From Chrysemys picta bellii (lineage: Eukaryota), in the NCBI RefSeq assembly GCF_011386835.1, contig NC_088791.1, positions 95,542,001-95,606,000 of the forward strand: a stretch of DNA of 64,000 nt. The letters are read 5' to 3'. The position numbers and the translations under genes are program-made. The notes under the pieces are model-generated. The model was not told the DNA's origin, ran no database searches, and was given only the letters and a program-made list of their open reading frames with translations. Of the stretch, positions 1-11,427 are shown piece after piece. The stretch's first letter is position 1. Each line of letters opens with the position of its first letter.

Positions 1-59
1 TACTGAACAAGAGCTGCTGCAACCTCCATTCTTACTCCACCTGGGCTCTGGACTAAAGA

Positions 60-578
60 TGATTGAAAAATGGAATTTCCATCCCACAGGAAATTCCAAT
101 AATTCAACGTTTGTTTTCAGCCCAAACTGAGATGAAAAGTCAAAATATCGAAACTTCTTATGGAATGAAAAGTCCAGAAAAAAATTAATTAGGAAATGTC
201 AAAAGGTTTAGTCTCAGCATTTTCTATTGAAAGACTGTTTTGACATTCTTGAATCGAAATGATTCATTTTGTACTGTCAACACACAATGAAACCCCACAA
301 AGACCATGGTGCATCCTGGGAGATGTAGTTCTTCACAGGGCAGGGCACATAAGGGAGAGGTGGAGTGGGGGGGACTTGGAACTACAACTGCCTCATGGCA
401 CTGTGCTGGCTACGGCAGATGTGGAGATTAGTGTCAACATGATCCCAACATTTTGTTTTGATTTTCCCAATGGCAAATTACATCAACAGCAATCTTTGCC
501 AACAGAATTTCTATTTCAGAAAAAAAAACTTTTTCCAGCAGGAAAATGTTTCATTCACATTTTTTCACTCAGGCCTAC
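60..578. mobile_element. Old non-autonomous DNA-transposon-like element, same family as 39533-39971
   Basis: Shared AT-rich subterminal motifs (gatgaaaagtcaaaat); central gagatgtagttc...gaactacaac hairpin. Confidence 0.45.
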
Positions 579-769
579 AGTCACTCCCCAGCTTGGGCCA
601 TTTTCTCTGTCATTCAGCTGAGAAACTACGGTGGTTGTGATCTCTTGCACTGTATCAATGGTCCCTGCACAGGATTAAAGGCTCATTCTGATCAGCTGAA
701 CAGAGTCTAGCATCAGTCACTTGTCACTACTGGGAGATGGGACATGGAGCCTTAAAGGTCAACATTTTC

Positions 770-1205
770 AATTTGTCAGCAGTGACCACAAGTCCTTTCC
801 ACCTGAAGCACATTCAAGTGGATTATAAAAGTTTAATGATCTCATTTTAGTTTCTAATGGGCAGGTGTCCAGATAATTAAACCCACCATTACCAGTGGCA
901 CAAGATGGCTTCCTCAGCAGAAAGACCAACTGAGGCTGAGGCACATTGGTGGGGCAGTGTGCTTTGGGACGTTTGCACTGATGTGTCTGATCTGTAGCTA
1001 AAGAGAGGAGGAGATCTGTCTCCAGGGCTGTCAGTGAGGTGACTCTAGGGTGACCAGACAGCAAGTGTGAAAAATCGGGACAGGGGGTGGGGAATAATAG
1101 GAGCCTACATGAGAAAAAGACCCAAAAATCGGGACTGTCCCTATAAAATCAGGACATCTGGTCACCCTAGGTGACTCTCACCAGTGCTGAACTCACTTGA
1201 AATGA
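770..1205 (+). mobile_element. LF-SINE-like ancient SINE remnant, split by a MITE
   Basis: Colinear matches to the recalled LF-SINE consensus (gggcaggtgtcca; ctcagcagaaagaccaa; tgaggcacattggtggggcagtgt; gtctccagggctgtca). Confidence 0.6.
1046..1169. mobile_element. 124-bp hAT (Blackjack-like) MITE
   Basis: TIR TAGGGTGACCA/TGGTCACCCTA; perfect 8-bp TSD GGTGACTC (1038-1045, 1170-1177). Confidence 0.9.
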
Positions 1206-1243
1206 AAAGGATGAAGGAAATTAATGTGCTATCTCCCTGCTAG

Positions 1244-1428
1244 GGAGGGGTCCCTGACCTTCTTCTTCTGGTTCACCCTTCAAGTCCCCGAGAGTCAGCA
1301 CAAGGAGATGACTGCTGAGAGGGTGAACATGACTCTCTGCAGAGAGCTTCTCGCCAGCGCCAACAGTACAAGCCGCCTCTCCTACCAGACAGAGTACAAG
1401 GTTGATCCAGACTCTCTGGTTCTGCTGG
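1244..1428 (+). CDS. TMPRSS6: TMPRSS6 exon, SEA domain C-terminal part (EGSLTFFFWF...DPDSLVLL)
   Basis: ctgctag| acceptor, G|gtgagt donor; 185 nt; phase 2 to 1. Confidence 0.93.
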
Positions 1429-2074
1429 GTGAGTATCAGCCACCCAAGTGTGACCTAAACTTTCAGGATTAGGGGCTGAGGCCTATAAGTTGCTGCAGGC
1501 AGGTTGAGAGGCTAGACTGAATGGCATTACTGAAAGGGAAGGAGAGAGGAAAAATAGAGGAAGGGTAGAGTGTATGCTAGAGGGAAAAGCAGAAGACTGA
1601 ACAGGACAGGGGGATGAATTACAGGTGTTTCCTCCTTGTACAGGACACACTTTTCATGAAGTTTGCTTATTCCCCTGAAGAATTATAGACTCATGGAGTA
1701 AGAGATGGCAGTGACTGACTAGGCAGCATCTTGTCCTTTCCTCTGCCTCCTCCTTCAGCTTTGGCAAGCACAGAGTTGTTCCCTGCACTATATGCTTTGT
1801 AGCTTTACTCCAATGTCCCAAGCAACCGGGCTTCCATGACGTTCCTTGGGAGACTATTCCGCTCTCTGATAGACTGAGAACAGAACTGAATGCAACATAC
1901 TTAGATTACAATTGTTTTTGCTTCATGATGCTTGTCATATTTCCATCATTTCAATTCCTTATATTGACTTCAAGATTTTTTTTAAATCGGTGCAAAAAAT
2001 AGAGATCACGGCTTGTTAAAGTGTCCTGGGAATGAGGGCCTGGCAACTGCCCTTGATATTTCAGGGCTTTTATA

Positions 2075-2145
2075 GGCCTTGATCCAAAATCCATTAAGTC
2101 AGTGGAAAAAAATGCCATTGATGGCACTGAGGTTTGGATCAGGCC
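2075..2145. repeat. Short palindromic hairpin repeat (GGCC-TGATCC...GGATCA-GGCC family)
   Basis: Inverted ends; near-copy at ~59040-59108. Confidence 0.6.
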
Positions 2146-2207
2146 CATGGTGTGATTGCTCCCTCCTTGCTCTGTGATGTGATACCTCTGTGCACAGAGC
2201 CCACAAT

Positions 2208-4042
2208 CAGGGCCAGCTCTAGGCACTAGCAAAGCAAGCACGTGCTTGGGGCGGCACATTTCCAGGGGCGGCATTCTGGCCATCCTTTTTTTCCTGAAAA
2301 ATCCACCAATGGGCGGATCAGGCAGTGCTAGGACCTGGGGGCAGCCAGGCTGGCTCTGCACAATGTGCTTTGCTCGCGGAGCGGCTCCCAGCCCGGCAGA
2401 GCCAGGGGGAGTGGGTATGAGGCGGCGGAGAGGAGCTGCTTTGACAGATGTGGCTAGTTGCTGACACCCGGGCCAGCGGGCCAGGGAGCGCAGACCAGCC
2501 TGGCCGCTTAAAGCACAGTGGAGGGGGGAAGTGGCTCAGAGCAAGGCATGCCCTGGGGGGAACCAGCCCAGACAGAACCGAAGGGAACGGGAGGCAAAGG
2601 TGTCCCAGGGCAGTGGTGGCTGGCGGGGCTGCAGCTGGGTGGAGAGGGGGAAAGTCCTGCTTAGGGGGGCAGCCACTGGATTATTAAAAGACAGACCTGC
2701 CACAGGAATTGGCCCCAGATTATGGAACTCACTCCCACACAAGAGATGTATGACAACAGACATCACCACATTCAGAACTAAAGGTAAAACTCAATTCTTC
2801 AACTTGTTTTTCTTTCAGTAAGTTAATGGTACACACACGCCACACCCACTTACACTCAAACATATACACCAACAACAGTAAAGAACCCAGGAACCAACCA
2901 ATCCTTCCTCCTGCTGGTTCACAAGGAGGAGAGAGATTATTTCTGTTTTCAAATAAACATCTGCCAGTAGATAGATATGTGGACTACCATAGCACACTTG
3001 TCCTTGGGGAGAAAACTATTGTCAGAAGCTGAACTCAGTAGCCAGCGTTGTTGGCAAGAACAGGCTGATGTAAGCACACTACACAGGACTCTGCACACAC
3101 TATACTGGTGCACATTGCATTCACCATCCATTGAAGTTTTTCTGGTCTTTACTCTCAAATATCTTAATGGTTAGGCCTGAGCCATCTTTGAGCCAACTGC
3201 TCCCTTGTGACCAAGATCTCTTAAGCCTCATTTTTGCTAATGAAACTAACAGGAGCTGAAGGTAGACTTAGCGGTAACAAGCCCACCACTATGAAACTCC
3301 CTCTGTTTCACAAAAGCTGAGGATGACTAAAAAGTTGACTGTTTTTAGAGAAAAAGTGTAAGGCCCATCTTTGTCATGATATTAATGATAACTTTAAACC
3401 AAAATCCACTCAACTCTCACCTCCTCTGGCTGTGTTCAAAATGCTGTTGAGAAAAGCTGAAAGATTGGAGGCATTGCAGAAAGTTCTGCAAAGGGGAAGA
3501 GGGGAAAAAGAGTTCGGGTCTACAGATAGGACACCCATGCGGAGTAATGTGTTTGTGTTAGGTACTCAGATATGCGACGAGTGTGGCATAAATATTTAGC
3601 TAGGTACTTTTGGCAGAAAATCCTCAGGATATTTATTTGGTATGTGTTCCCAGCATGTGATTGGTAGGAACTCCCAGAACTGTAGAATTATAGGGATAGC
3701 TACTCCCTAAGCCAACAGATGGCAGTGTCAGGACTGCCACTCAACCTCCATGGAAATACTCATGTGAATAACATTACTCACGTGTATAAATGTTTGTAGG
3801 ATCCAATCCATAAGTAGATCAATGAAATACTGAATTTATTTTATAGCCAAGGATTCCAAATTTTTTGAGGAGTAGTGGTTATTCCTTGGATTATAACTGG
3901 TGACAAAAGGAGTTTCTGCTGACTGCAGTGCTCTTGGTTATAAAATAAATTTAAGATGCTAACATTTCCAGTTCCTCAGGACTAGAGGGGCAGCCAAAAT
4001 TTTTTTTGCTTGGGGCAGTAAAAAAACCTAGAGCTGGCCCTG
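2208..4042. mobile_element. 1835-bp non-autonomous hAT (Tip100-like TIR) element with a large internal insert
   Basis: Perfect 16-bp TIR CAGGGCCAGCTCTAGG/CCTAGAGCTGGCCCTG; perfect 8-bp TSD CCCACAAT (2200-2207, 4043-4050). Confidence 0.88.
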
Positions 4043-4069
4043 CCCACAATGACTGTTTGTTTAAATTCT

Positions 4070-4620
4070 GCCCTATTGCATTGCAAACTCATCTCTAATT
4101 TGCTATCGTTGTTACTCCCGGGGTCTCTTTCACTATTGCCAATTCAAAGTTTCTCATTAAATAACATGTTTCCAACCATTTCCCCCTAGATACATTATCT
4201 GGCATTTTTCCCAAATTAATCTTATTTTGGTATATTCCTACCCTATTTCTCACTTCACAGGGTCCTTTTCTCTGTTCTCATGGCTGTTTTTTAATTTAGT
4301 ATTGGGGAATGTCATTAAAATGCTTTTTACTCCCTCTTCCAGATCATTAATGAAGATGTTAAATAAGACCAAACCTAACGTCCCACTGAACACGTCTCTC
4401 CATTTAATAAATTGCCATTTATAATTATTTTTTATTTGCAGCTTTTCAGTTTCTGGTGCACTGTATGTGACAGGGCTCACATTCGAGCCAATTTAAATTA
4501 AGATTTCATGAAACACATGCCTAACGATTCACTAAAAATCAAGCTATATTGCATCTTCTGCTTTCCCTTTATCCACTAATTTAGTAATTCTATCAAAAAC
4601 GCAATCAAGTTTGTCAGTAC
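4070..4620 (-). mobile_element. Degenerate CR1 LINE reverse-transcriptase fragment
   Basis: LGLVLFNIFINDLEEGV motif in ORF 4250..4480. Confidence 0.8.
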
Positions 4621-4809
4621 CATTATCTTCTAAAGGTTTCCAGTTTTTTTCCTTTCATTCCCTTCACATTTGTTCATTATTTTATTAGGGTCTAAAGTAA
4701 GATTTGCTCAATTCTAATTGCCATGATCATCTATTGGGGTTTCCCTGTTTCTCCGTGACATTTCAAAAGTAAATGGCTGTAGTTGAGTAAGATTTGATAG
4801 CTTGGGAAG

Positions 4810-5050
4810 AAGTAGGTCTAGTGCCTAGAGCAGGGGGCAAAAATCAGGATCTTCAGGATTCTATCCCTGGGATAGACATGGCCTTGGCAAATCACTTAAT
4901 CTAGGTCTTTGTTTAGCCATCTGTAAAGTGGGAATAAAATGATAGTTAACAATTCCTTTACACTTTCCAACCTCACAGCTTGTTGAGGTGTAATTAATTG
5001 ACAGCAGTAAAGTGTTTTAAAACCCTCAGCCAAATGCTCCTATGTGAAGA
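4810..5050 (+). mobile_element. MIR/CORE-like SINE remnant (similar remnants at ~36040-36260, 39420-40030, 45950-46250, 57150-57420, 60740-60910, 62980-63125)
   Basis: ccttggcaaatcacttaa...catctgtaaagtgggaataa core motif. Confidence 0.6.
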
Positions 5051-5289
5051 CTCTTAATATTACTAAATTTGTTAGCTGCCTCTCTTTATCATAGGGTGCC
5101 TATTTTATCAACCCACTGATTTGTATGTGGTCAGATCTTCCAAGTCTTCCCTCACTTTTTTACTAATAGCTATTTGTAAGCCCACAATCTCTCTAGCCAT
5201 AGGATTTCAGCCCCTTTTCTTTCAGGAACTCATTTGTATTTCTCTAGAATAAAATCTATTTAACACAGGTTCAAAAATATAATCACATC

Positions 5290-5601
5290 CTTTCACCCTG
5301 ACTCAAGGTCCTTTTTTTTAGGAGCCAATCTATTCCCTATAGGATTACCCTCAGCAGGCCATCTGCCTAGGAATCATATATAACCTGGCCTCTTTCCCCT
5401 GCTCTAGGAACTCCTGAAACCACAATCTTCCCACCCACCAGCAGCCCTCCACTCAACAAAGCTCTTGCTGGCCTTTATGAGGACCAGGTGATCTACAAAC
5501 TATCACCTGATCACTGCCTCTTAGCATGAGCTTGGAGGCAGCTGATCAGTCACAGGTGGGGCTGGGCCCAACTCCCCTAAATGGGCCAACCACACTCTGA
5601 C
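5290..5601 (+). mobile_element. LTR-like repeat, related to 16485-16867, 20678-21220 and 56500-57111
   Basis: Shared cctttatgagg/ccttttataagg box and cacctgat motif; ...gaca/caca 3' end. Confidence 0.4.
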
Positions 5602-6654
5602 ACTATTTTTTTTTAAACAGGTTTGTGGATTGTCCTCTCTTTATGTTCTTTTTTAAAGGGACATTTTATAAAGCAGTTCAATAGTCCATCTATTGGACAT
5701 CACTCATTGGAGGCTTTGTTCTCTCTCCATCCCTGTCTCTCTGAGACTACAAGAAACCCCAACTGTTTTCAATGGAAGTTATTCATATCCTGCAACAGGA
5801 AGAAGAGGACCCCAAATTTCTTAATTCCCCATAACTGATTTTCTTGTTAAAGAATCCCTTTGGACTGCAGTATTCTGTTAACCTAGTATTCACTGTGCCA
5901 AACTCACATACCTTGTGGTCACTTGTACCAATCCTCCCTGTTATCGTCACATTTTCAGTTTTTTTTTTTTCCATTAGTAATCCTCTTTGACAGCAGATTC
6001 AAAGCCCACTGAAGTCACTGGAAAGAATCTCCCTTCCTTGAGGCCCTGAGTGAGAAGAGCCCAATCCCCTTTGGGATTTGGATCCTTCTACCCCCACATC
6101 TCTGCTCACCCCAAGGGACTTTCTTTCCATCTAGAGTAAGAGAGAAGAAAGGAGGAAAGTGGGTTGGGTCACAGGCAGGTAGCCAGGGTAGAGCCTGGGA
6201 GGCGTGGGAAGCAAGGCGCTTACCTGGGGTACTAGTGCTTGACAATGAGCATGGTTAGGAGTGGAAGGGCCTATGGCCACGTGGGGTGTGGCTAAAGAAT
6301 GGTGGCCTAGGTTAATGACTGACTTGTGTGGGAAGAAGAGAATATGCCTGGGAGAGGATCAGATGATGGCCAAGTAAACAAGAGAGGCTCATGGCAGGTT
6401 GGGGCATCATGGTAAGAGGGACAGGGCCCAGGATAGGTTGGACAAGGATGGAGGAATGGGAGATAGAGGAGGTGACCAAAGTAGATCTTGATAACAGGCA
6501 TAGTAAGGAATGAAGGCACCCAGGGTAGTGCTTGATGGGGGGACCACTGGGCACAGAAAGGAGGAGAGGGGCCCATCCTGCAGCTTAGATTTTAGGTACT
6601 ACAGATTCTTATGTTTTTTTCCCCCCTTTCTTTTATATATTTCCTTTCCAACAG

Positions 6655-6696
6655 AATCCAGTGTGAAAGACATAGTAGTGCTGAAATCCACTCTGG
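6655..6696 (+). CDS. TMPRSS6: TMPRSS6 42-nt linker exon (ESSVKDIVVLKSTLG)
   Basis: tttccaacag| acceptor, G|gtaggc donor; resembles human EASVKDIAALNSTLG (recalled); phase 1-1. Confidence 0.92.
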
Positions 6697-7506
6697 GTAG
6701 GCCATCCTTTCCCTTGCTTTTTGAGTTCATTTTGTTTGGGGGGATTTGGTGAGGGGCCAGAATTATTTTGTTTACGGTCCTGAGATGTGAGATCAAGGAA
6801 AATGAGGGGAAGAGGATTGTATTCATGAAGCACAGATGCTGCACACAGTGAATAACACTTTCAAAAGCACCACTGTGATTTAGCAGCCTAAATCCCATTG
6901 ACTTTCAGATCCTCAGAGGCGTTAGGTATTTATCTCAATGGAAGTTAGGCACTGAAATATCTTTGAGGATCTGGGCTAAGGTGCCTAAGTCACATAGGTG
7001 CGTTTTGAACATTTAACCCGGTGTCACAACAAACTCTCTGGCTAATAGCTGGACATTTGCGTTCAGGCTCTGCGTGTGCATACATGGTGTGCACTTGGAA
7101 ACTCACTCTTCCCTTCACTTACAGTCCCCATTCAGAGCTGCCAAACCAAAGAGAATTAGAAGTGTCCGTAGAACAGGCAGCATGTACTCTAAATGGGATA
7201 CACAGTAAGTGGAGGACGGGGCCAGGAACAAGGAAAATGGGTCAAACAGAAGGGAAATATGAGAATGAGAGTCTGCCTAGAAGAAGGCAATAATTAACTT
7301 GGAGTAGGCTAGTGAGAGGGGACTGGTGTCACTGGGAGGAACTAGGGTAAAGTGTGAAAGTAAAGTGAGATCACTGGGAGGAACTGGGCTAACACAGAAC
7401 CTAACTGGCTTGTATTGGTCATCATTAGGGTATCTTGTTGGTAAGAGTCCCTTCCCTGACACTCAGCTAACAGCACTCTGGGGTTCTGTTTGTCTCATGG
7501 ATTCAG

Positions 7507-7711
7507 GTTGCTACAGGTACAGCCACATCAGGGCGGAGGAAGTCCTCAGGCTGAAGGGCCCTGATTACTTGGCCTCCAGTTGTCTTTGGCACCTCCGTGG
7601 TCCCAAAGGCCACATGATCAAACTACGTCTGGAGTGGACCCTCCCGGAGTGCAGAGACCGGCTGGCCATGTATGATGCGGCCGGGCCACTGGAGAACCGT
7701 CTCATCACCTC
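7507..7711 (+). CDS. TMPRSS6: TMPRSS6 CUB1 exon (CYRYS...RLITS)
   Basis: attcag| acceptor, TC|gtaggt donor; 205 nt. Confidence 0.95.
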
Positions 7712-8100
7712 GTAGGTAGCTTTCATATGACAGGGATATAAAATACAGCAAATGGTAGGAAGAAGTCGAGTCAGTTGGCGCTACTTACCCTTTCGGACAG
7801 TGCACCAACTCACCTGTAGATCCCACTGCTGTGGGATATTAGTGAGGCAGCCCTTCAGTTTAGTAAAAAAAAATAAAAAAAATGTTCAACTAGTTGAAGT
7901 GTTTAGATGAATAAGAACAGCAACTCCACAGTGACAGTGGTAGTGGAACAAGAGATTGTGCTTCAGAGACCAAGGAGTTTCATGAGAACATCACTTGATA
8001 TAGGACGACTCCTCAGAGCAGCCCAGATCTTAGGGTCAGGAACCTTACAAGAGGATCCCTGGACAGATCCTTAGCTAGTATAAATTGGTGTAGCTGCACC

Positions 8101-8523
8101 CATAGGCGCCGACTCCGTGGGTGCTCCGGGGCTGGAGCACCCACGGAGAAAAATTAGTGGGTGCTGAGCACCCACCGGCAGCTCCCCGGGTCCAGCTCAC
8201 CTCCACCTCTGCCTCCTCCATGAGCGCGCCGCCACGTCCTGCTTCTCCCCCGTCCCTCCCAGCACTTGCGCCACTAAACAGCTGTTTTGCGGGACAGGGA
8301 GGGAGGGGGGAGGAGGATGTATGCAGCGCACTGTGGGAAGAGGCGGGGCTGGGTCGGGGATTGGGGGAAGAGATCCAATGGGGCAGGGATGGGGCAGAGT
8401 TGGGGCAGGGACTTTGGGGAAGAGGTTGGAATGGGGCAGGGGCAGGGCCAGGGGCGGGGAAAGGGTGGAGTCGGGGCAGGGGGCGCAAGCACCCACCGGC
8501 GCCAGAGAAAGTTGGCACCTATG
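8101..8523. mobile_element. 423-bp GC-rich hAT MITE
   Basis: TIR CATAGGCGCCGACT/AGTTGGCACCTATG; TSD GCTGCACC/GCTGCACT (7/8). Confidence 0.85.
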
Positions 8524-8659
8524 GCTGCACTGACTTCACTGTAACTCTGCTGATTTTACACCAGCTGAAGCTCTGACTAAGATTCCTTAGGAATGGGGTC
8601 TGATCCATATTAAGGTTAGAGGGAGAACAGAGGCTCCTGAAGGCTCTAAAATGACTGAT

Positions 8660-9693
8660 TTATGGATGAGGGGTGGGGGATTGCCCAGCACTCAGGTGCA
8701 CACACCCTCTGGAGTGTAAACCCAAAATTACACTGTCTTGTGCTGGGTGGAGATCTATATAGCATAAGTCATGAAATTCGCTCCCCCTCTCAGTGTGGAG
8801 GAAGATATGCACAGCTTTTTGCCCTTCCAGTTATGAATTACACAAACTGGTTATAGAATAAACAAAAAAACAAGTTTATTAACTATAAAAGGTAGATTTT
8901 AAATTATTAAAAGGGATAGCAAACAGATCAAAGCAGATTACTGAGCAAATAAAACAAAACACACAACCTAAGCTTAATACACTAAAACAACTAGTTAATA
9001 GTAGAACATTCTCACCCTAAATGTTGGTTTGCGCAGGTTGCAGTGTTTCTTGAAGGTAAACTGCACTGCTTGCAGCTTAAATCTCTGGGTATTCCTCTCA
9101 CAGGCTAGACCTTTCTTACCTGCGCTCCCTGCCCCCGCAGCTTAGTTCCTTTGTTTCTCCAGGTGTTTTCAGCAGTCTTCCTTCTTGGGCTGGGATGCAG
9201 TGAAGAAGAACCAAGATTAATTCACTTCCCAGCCTTAAATAGGATTTGCATATGGCGGAAATCCTTTGTTTCCCAGTTTGACCCCCACCCCCTCCTACTG
9301 GAAAAATACCAGCAGTCCAAGATGGTGTCCAGTATCAGGTGACATGATCACATGACCCTGCAATGTCAAAGCAGCATCCTAGGAAGCTTCTCAGGAAGGA
9401 GGGAGATTAGTATCTGTAAAGTCCTATTGTCCTTCCTAATGGTCCATGCAGGCTGATTGCACATTGTCTGGTGGCCATTCCCCAAGCGTAAACACAGTTG
9501 TAGTTGTTATACTCAATATTCCTAACTTCAGATGCAGAAATGATATATGCATACAAATAGGATAATCATATGCAGTAAATCATAACTTTCCAATGATACC
9601 GCTCATGACCCATCTTGCATAAAATACATCTTAGTTATGCCATATTCATATCTTAAGCATATCTCTATGAAGAATATGTGGTGTAGCGTCACA
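8660..9693 (-). mobile_element. Putative solo LTR (~1 kb)
   Basis: Begins TGTGACGCTACACC on the minus strand; minus-strand AATAAA ~210 nt from the far end; left boundary approximate and no TSD found. Confidence 0.45.
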
Positions 9694-9832
9694 AGAGGTA
9701 CCCTGTGGTCTCAGAGTCCTCATGAAGGTGGTCTGGTTTGAGACAAGATGAAGGTCCTAACAAGGGGTGGGGGCATGCTCCCCCACCCTGATCTGAGCCC
9801 TTTTCTCCATGCTATGCCTTGATTTGGTTACT

Positions 9833-9920
9833 AGGCCCAGAGCTTCAAAGGTATTTAGGCTCCTAATATCCATTGATTTTGATGAAAGTCAGAAGCCTAA
9901 ACACCTTTGAGGATCTGGGC
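9833..9920. repeat. Palindromic hairpin MITE (GGCCCAGATCCTCAAAGG family); copies at ~6880-6980 and ~59759-59838
   Basis: ggcccagagcttcaaaggtatttagg ... cctaaacacctttgaggatctgggcc. Confidence 0.7.
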
Positions 9921-10081
9921 CTTAGTGTCTAGCAACATACTGAAGTTAAAGGTCTGAATAATCTCATCCCCTCTTTTTCCTCTCTCCCCGTCTCTTGCCA
10001 CCACTTCGCTCCTCTCCTTTCCTCACCTCCTTTACTCATTCCCACCCTCTTTCACATTTCCTGCTATCTCTTTCCTCTCAG

Positions 10082-10218
10082 ATTCTATGGCTGCAGCCGT
10101 CAGGAGCCCATGGTGGAAGTCCTTTCTTCGGGCCACGTCATGTCTGTGGTATGGAAGAAAGCAATGTACAGCTACTACGATCCTTTCATCCTCACCGCCC
10201 AGACTGTGCCCTCTGAAG
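10082..10218 (+). CDS. TMPRSS6: TMPRSS6 CUB1 C-terminal exon ([12 protein letters not shown]...TVPSE)
   Basis: long pyrimidine tract then cag|; AAG|gtgagg donor; 137 nt. Confidence 0.95.
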
Positions 10219-10429
10219 GTGAGGAAGGCTGGAGGGAAAGTATGGAGAATGAAGGAGCTAGGAGAGCTCACACAGTGCAGATCCCTTGTCAGTTAGCCTC
10301 ACACGTATTCTACAGGTCACTTCACCCACCATCCCAAGATGCTCCCACTGAGATGGAACGTGACAGCTCTTTCGCATAGAAACACCACACAACGGTTTGG
10401 GATAGGAATTAATTAAAGATTGTGTGGCA

Positions 10430-10810
10430 CTTAGATGCTCCAGTGATGGCAGCCAAAAAAAGGACGGAGATAGATAGAAGTGAGGAGTCCTGCATTCAGC
10501 TAAAGCCACAGGGGAATTTAGGTCAGCAGAATGGACTCCTATTGGAAATTGGCCAGGAGAAGGAGGTTAACAACCTTACTTTGCACAAAGTGCCATGGGA
10601 TCTTCAATAACCAGGAGTGGTCAGGGCTTGGGTTGTCCTGACAGAAGACAACACTAATGTCTCAGTAACCCCTAATGCCAGGTTGGAGCAATGGCACTGA
10701 GTCAGAGGGAAGAGCACCGCCGGTTACAGCAGCACCACTGCTTTGGACACCTCTCTGACGGTCTCCCACGCTAGTGCAAGCCAGGCTTGACCCCTGCTTA
10801 GCTCATGAGA
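10430..10810 (-). mobile_element. AmnSINE1-like (5S-derived Deu-SINE) remnant in a TMPRSS6 intron
   Basis: 10760-10810 resembles antisense 5S rRNA (ggtctccca...ccagg...accc.tgcttagct...gaga); gccatgggatctt...ctgagtcagagggaagag matches the recalled consensus. Confidence 0.65.
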
Positions 10811-11314
10811 GCACAGTGTGTAGCCTTTCCCAGTTGGGCTTTCCTCGTTTTCAGTCACTTACTCATTTTTGAGCTGTACTCACTGCCCTTTTCTCTAGCT
10901 CTGGTCTCTTGGTATCTCCTGCACTATGATCCTTCACCCTACCGTCCCCAGCTCTTCCCGACATGTACACACTGTGGCATAGCAATGTAGTGTGCCAAGC
11001 AGGCATCCACACCTGCAGTTGATTCCCTCAGCTGTCTGCCTCTGAGGGGCCCTCTCGTCAGGAAGTAGCTCCCCTGGGATGTTTCTGGGGCTCCCAGCAA
11101 ACCCAGCTGGGAAAGCATGATGTTGGCCCCACAGAGAACACAGACCATGAGCACAGCAAGCAGCCTCATGTGTCTCTAGCAAACGTGTAGCCTGCGCCTT
11201 CCCCCATTCTTCTCTGGAGGGTGGGGCATGTCCCTTTTTTCTGCAGCAGGTGAAGATCCAGTTTTCCCAGCTGACGTGTGTCTGTGGGGGGTGGGGGGGT
11301 GTCTGTGTTTTCAG

Positions 11315-11427
11315 ACTGCCAGGTGAATCTAACACTGCAGGGAGGCCTGGAACTGCAGGGGAAGATCAACACTCCACACTACCCGAGCTACTACTCGCCC
11401 AACACACAGTGCACCTGGCTCATGATG
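11315..11427 (+). CDS. TMPRSS6: TMPRSS6 CUB2 exon (CQVNLTL...TPHYPSYYSPNTQCTWLMM)
   Basis: ttttcag| acceptor, ATG|gtgagc donor; 113 nt. Confidence 0.95.

Noticed and set aside
8075-8576. Cluster of 70-150-aa ORFs on both strands, and G-quadruplex-like runs
   Set aside because: All lie inside a GC-rich hAT MITE with TIRs and TSD
10760-10810. 5S rRNA-like sequence
   Set aside because: Short and degenerate, embedded in an AmnSINE1-like element; not an rRNA gene
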